Assembly: GCA_963760795.1 (NCBI GenBank)
Contig: CAVXEP010000027.1
Coordinates: 1 to 64,000, forward strand
Length of the DNA: 64,000 bases
From: an uncultured delta proteobacterium
GTDB lineage: Bacteria; Desulfobacterota; Binatia; UBA9968
Reading direction: 5' to 3'
Shown here in pieces: positions 61,592 through 64,000 of this stretch (the stretch's first letter is position 1; each line of letters begins with the position of its first letter). A program made the translations under genes and the position numbers. Below the pieces are notes generated by a model, which saw only the letters and a list, made by a program, of their open reading frames with translations, had not been told where the DNA came from and ran no database searches.

Positions 61592-61621
61592 TTGACGCTT
61601 CCTTTAGTCGGCTAATATACT
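61592..61621 (+). promoter_or_regulatory. Candidate sigma70 promoter for mtnA and the downstream ligase gene
   Basis: TTGACG 61592-61597, 18-bp spacer, TATACT 61616-61621. Confidence 0.5.
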
Positions 61622-61648
61622 CGGTCTCCCTTGAATTAGGAACTAGGC

Positions 61649-62680
61649 GTGGCGGTAAAAACCATCGAATGGAAGAACGATCGAGTGATTATGCTCGATC
61701 AACGGCTGTTGCCGCAGCGGGAGATCTACCGGAGTTATCGGGACTACAACCAGGTTGCCGAGGCGATTCGCTCAATGGTCATTCGCGGCGCGCCGGCGAT
61801 CGGCGTCGCCGCGGCGATGGGCGTGGCGCTCGGCGCGTTGCACGCGCCGGATCGAATTTTCGACCGCGAGTTCGAACGCATCGTTGCCGTGCTGGGCAAG
61901 ACCCGGCCGACGGCGGTGAATTTATTCTGGGCGCTCGAGCGCATGCGCGCAGTCTATTCTTCCCAACGAACCAAGGGCCTCGCGTCGGTTCGCCGTGGGC
62001 TCAAACAAGCGGCATTGCAGATTTTTAAGGAAGACATCGCCGCCAACAAAATGATCGGCAGGTACGGCGTTCCGCTCTTGCGCGACGCCAAACAGATCAT
62101 GACCCACTGCAACGCCGGCGCGCTCGCCACCGCCGGCTATGGCACGGCCCTCGGCGTCATGCGCGCGCTGAAGGAGGCGGGCCGCCAGTTTGAAGTTTAC
62201 GTTAACGAGACCCGGCCGTTTCTCCAGGGCGCTAGACTGACCGCTTGGGAACTCAAGCAAGAAAAAATCCCGGCGACGCTGGTGACCGATAACATGGTCG
62301 GTTATTTGATGCAGCAAGGGAGAGTCGACGCGGTGGTGGTCGGCTGTGATCGGGTCGCGGCCAACGGCGATGTCGCCAATAAGATCGGGACTTACACGGT
62401 CGCCGTGTTAGCCAAGCGCCACGCCATTCCCTTCTACGTCGCCGGACCGACCTCGTCGATTGATATCGATTGTCCGGCCGGAAAAGACATTCCCATCGAG
62501 CAGCGCGATGGCAAAGAGGTGTCGCATATTTTCGGCAAAGCGTTGGCGCCCAAGGGCATGAAGGTATTCAATCCGGCTTTCGACGTGACCGATCACGAGC
62601 TCATCACGGCTATCATTACCGAGCGCGGAGTGATAAATCCTCCCTACCGACAGAAGATTCGCAACCATGTCAGTCATTGA
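61649..62680 (+). CDS. mtnA: S-methyl-5-thioribose-1-phosphate isomerase
   Basis: LDQRLLP, IRGAPAIG, TRPTAVNL, THCNAGALAT, ETRPFLQGARLT, ANKIGTY, NPAFDVT. Confidence 0.95.
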   Translation: MAVKTIEWKNDRVIMLDQRLLPQREIYRSYRDYNQVAEAIRSMVIRGAPAIGVAAAMGVALGALHAPDRIFDREFERIVAVLGKTRPTAVNLFWALERMRAVYSSQRTKGLASVRRGLKQAALQIFKEDIAANKMIGRYGVPLLRDAKQIMTHCNAGALATAGYGTALGVMRALKEAGRQFEVYVNETRPFLQGARLTAWELKQEKIPATLVTDNMVGYLMQQGRVDAVVVGCDRVAANGDVANKIGTYTVAVLAKRHAIPFYVAGPTSSIDIDCPAGKDIPIEQRDGKEVSHIFGKALAPKGMKVFNPAFDVTDHELITAIITERGVINPPYRQKIRNHVSH

Positions 62681-64000
62681 AAAAGCCGAAGAACTCGAAG
62701 CCTACTTTCAGACTGCCGGCAAACCGCGCGAACGCTGGCGCGTCGGCACCGAGTACGAAAAAGTCGGCGTCGACCGAAGCACCGGCCAGGCCATTCCATA
62801 CTTCGGTCCGCGCGGCGTCGATCGCATCCTGCGGGAAATGATCGAGCGCTACGGCTGGGAGCCGGAAGAGCAAAACGGCAACATCATCGCGCTCAGCCGC
62901 GATCGGACGCAGATTACTTTAGAACCGGGCGGCCAGATCGAGCTCAGCGGCGAGCCCTGCGATAGCATTCACTGCACCTATGCCGAATTCACCCAACATA
63001 TCCGCGAACTGTTAGAAATCTGCGAGCCTCTCGGCGTTGTTTTTCTCGGTCTCGGCATGCAGCCGGTCAGCCGCTTGGACGAGATTCAGTGGGTGCCGAA
63101 AAAGCGCTATGGAATCATGGGGCCGTATATGCCGACCGTTGGCACGCTTGGCCAGCGCATGATGAAGCAGACCGCCACGGTGCAGGCCAATATCGATTTC
63201 CTCGACGAGACGGATGCGATGGTGAAATTCCGCACCGGCATGGGGCTGGCGCCGGTGCTCATCGCCATGTTCGCCAACTCACCGATCTGCGACGGCCAGG
63301 TGAACGGCTACCGCAGCTATCGCGAACATATTTGGACCGACACCGACAAGAGTCGGCAAGGCTTGCTGAAATTCGCCTTCGCGCCGGATGCGTCATTCGC
63401 CCACTATGTCGAGTACGCCCTCGACGTGCCGATGTACTTCATCATTCGCCATCACGACTATATCAACATGACCGGCGTGACCTTTCGCCAGTATTTAAAG
63501 TATGGCCACAACGGCGAGCGCGCCACCGTCGAAGATTGGGCGGATCACCTGACCACGCTGTTTCCCGAGACTCGCATCAAGCGCTACATCGAAGTCCGCT
63601 CCGTCGATAGTCAGCCGCCGGAACTGATGCCGGCGCTGTCGGCGCTGATCAAAGGGGCATTCTACGACAACGACTGCTTGCTGGCGGCGTGGGATCTGGT
63701 CAAAGGCTGGACTTGGGACGAGCGCAACGAAGTTTATCTCGATTCCCATGCCAACGCGCTGGCGGCGCGCTTCCGGCGCCATACCCTGCTCGATCTCGCC
63801 AAGGAGTTTTTGGAAATCGCCGCGGAAGGATTGCGCCGCCAGCATGTTGTCAACGACTTGGGTAACGATGAAACGATTTATCTAGAACCGCTCAAAACTC
63901 TCTTGTCCCAAGGCAAATGTCCAGCCGACGTGATCTTGGAAAAATGGCAGGGCGAGCTGCACCGCGATGTCAGAAAATTAATCGACTTCACTGCTTACAA
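62667..64000 (+). CDS. Glutamate--cysteine ligase (GCS2 / plant-alphaproteobacterial type), runs off window end
   Basis: Absent from ORF track (no stop in window); reads MSVIEKAEELEAYFQTAGKPRERWRVGTEYEK..TLEPGGQIELSG..WVPKKRY..MMKQTATVQANIDF..FANSP..IWTDTD..HLTTLFPETRIKRYIEVRSVD. Confidence 0.92.
   Translation, partial: MSVIEKAEELEAYFQTAGKPRERWRVGTEYEKVGVDRSTGQAIPYFGPRGVDRILREMIERYGWEPEEQNGNIIALSRDRTQITLEPGGQIELSGEPCDSIHCTYAEFTQHIRELLEICEPLGVVFLGLGMQPVSRLDEIQWVPKKRYGIMGPYMPTVGTLGQRMMKQTATVQANIDFLDETDAMVKFRTGMGLAPVLIAMFANSPICDGQVNGYRSYREHIWTDTDKSRQGLLKFAFAPDASFAHYVEYALDVPMYFIIRHHDYINMTGVTFRQYLKYGHNGERATVEDWADHLTTLFPETRIKRYIEVRSVDSQPPELMPALSALIKGAFYDNDCLLAAWDLVKGWTWDERNEVYLDSHANALAARFRRHTLLDLAKEFLEIAAEGLRRQHVVNDLGNDETIYLEPLKTLLSQGKCPADVILEKWQGELHRDVRKLIDFTAY

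Overview
GC-rich bacterial chromosomal window. Gene content (large expansions of ABC solute-binding proteins, a zinc-ribbon/RNase HI/rnpB/mraZ block, a STAS gene inside dcw) resembles Deltaproteobacteria-like lineages such as Candidatus Binatia; this assignment is inference. The left half (1-35.4 kb) is accessory and transport-rich: NitT/TauT-type binding proteins, two tandem large alpha/beta-hydrolase-domain genes, a DUF559 endonuclease flanked by palindromic repeat doublets, an asparaginase, six tandem FbpA/AfuA-like binding proteins with one permease and no ATPase, a GT87-like membrane glycosyltransferase, an APC permease, YihY, AsmA, livHMGF, rhomboid, EamA, an FAD oxidoreductase and an M48 peptidase. 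The right half is housekeeping: C4 zinc-ribbon gene, RNase HI, RNase P RNA, the dcw cluster (mraZ-STAS-rsmH-ftsL-ftsI-murE-murF-mraY-murD-ftsW-murG-murC-murB-ftsQ-ftsA-ftsZ), a displaced ddl, livK, an HtrA-like protease/HxlR divergon, acpS, mtnA and a glutamate-cysteine ligase running off the end. Dense frameshifts at 1-6 kb and 35.4-38.7 kb look like assembly errors. The most unusual signals are non-coding: a nested repeat/MITE structure at 60.9-61.2 kb with perfect 16-bp TIRs and a 4-bp target duplication, the REP-doublet-flanked DUF559 cassette, and several gene-less elements made of inverted 7-8-mer tandem arrays. No CRISPR, tRNA, rRNA or transposase gene was seen.
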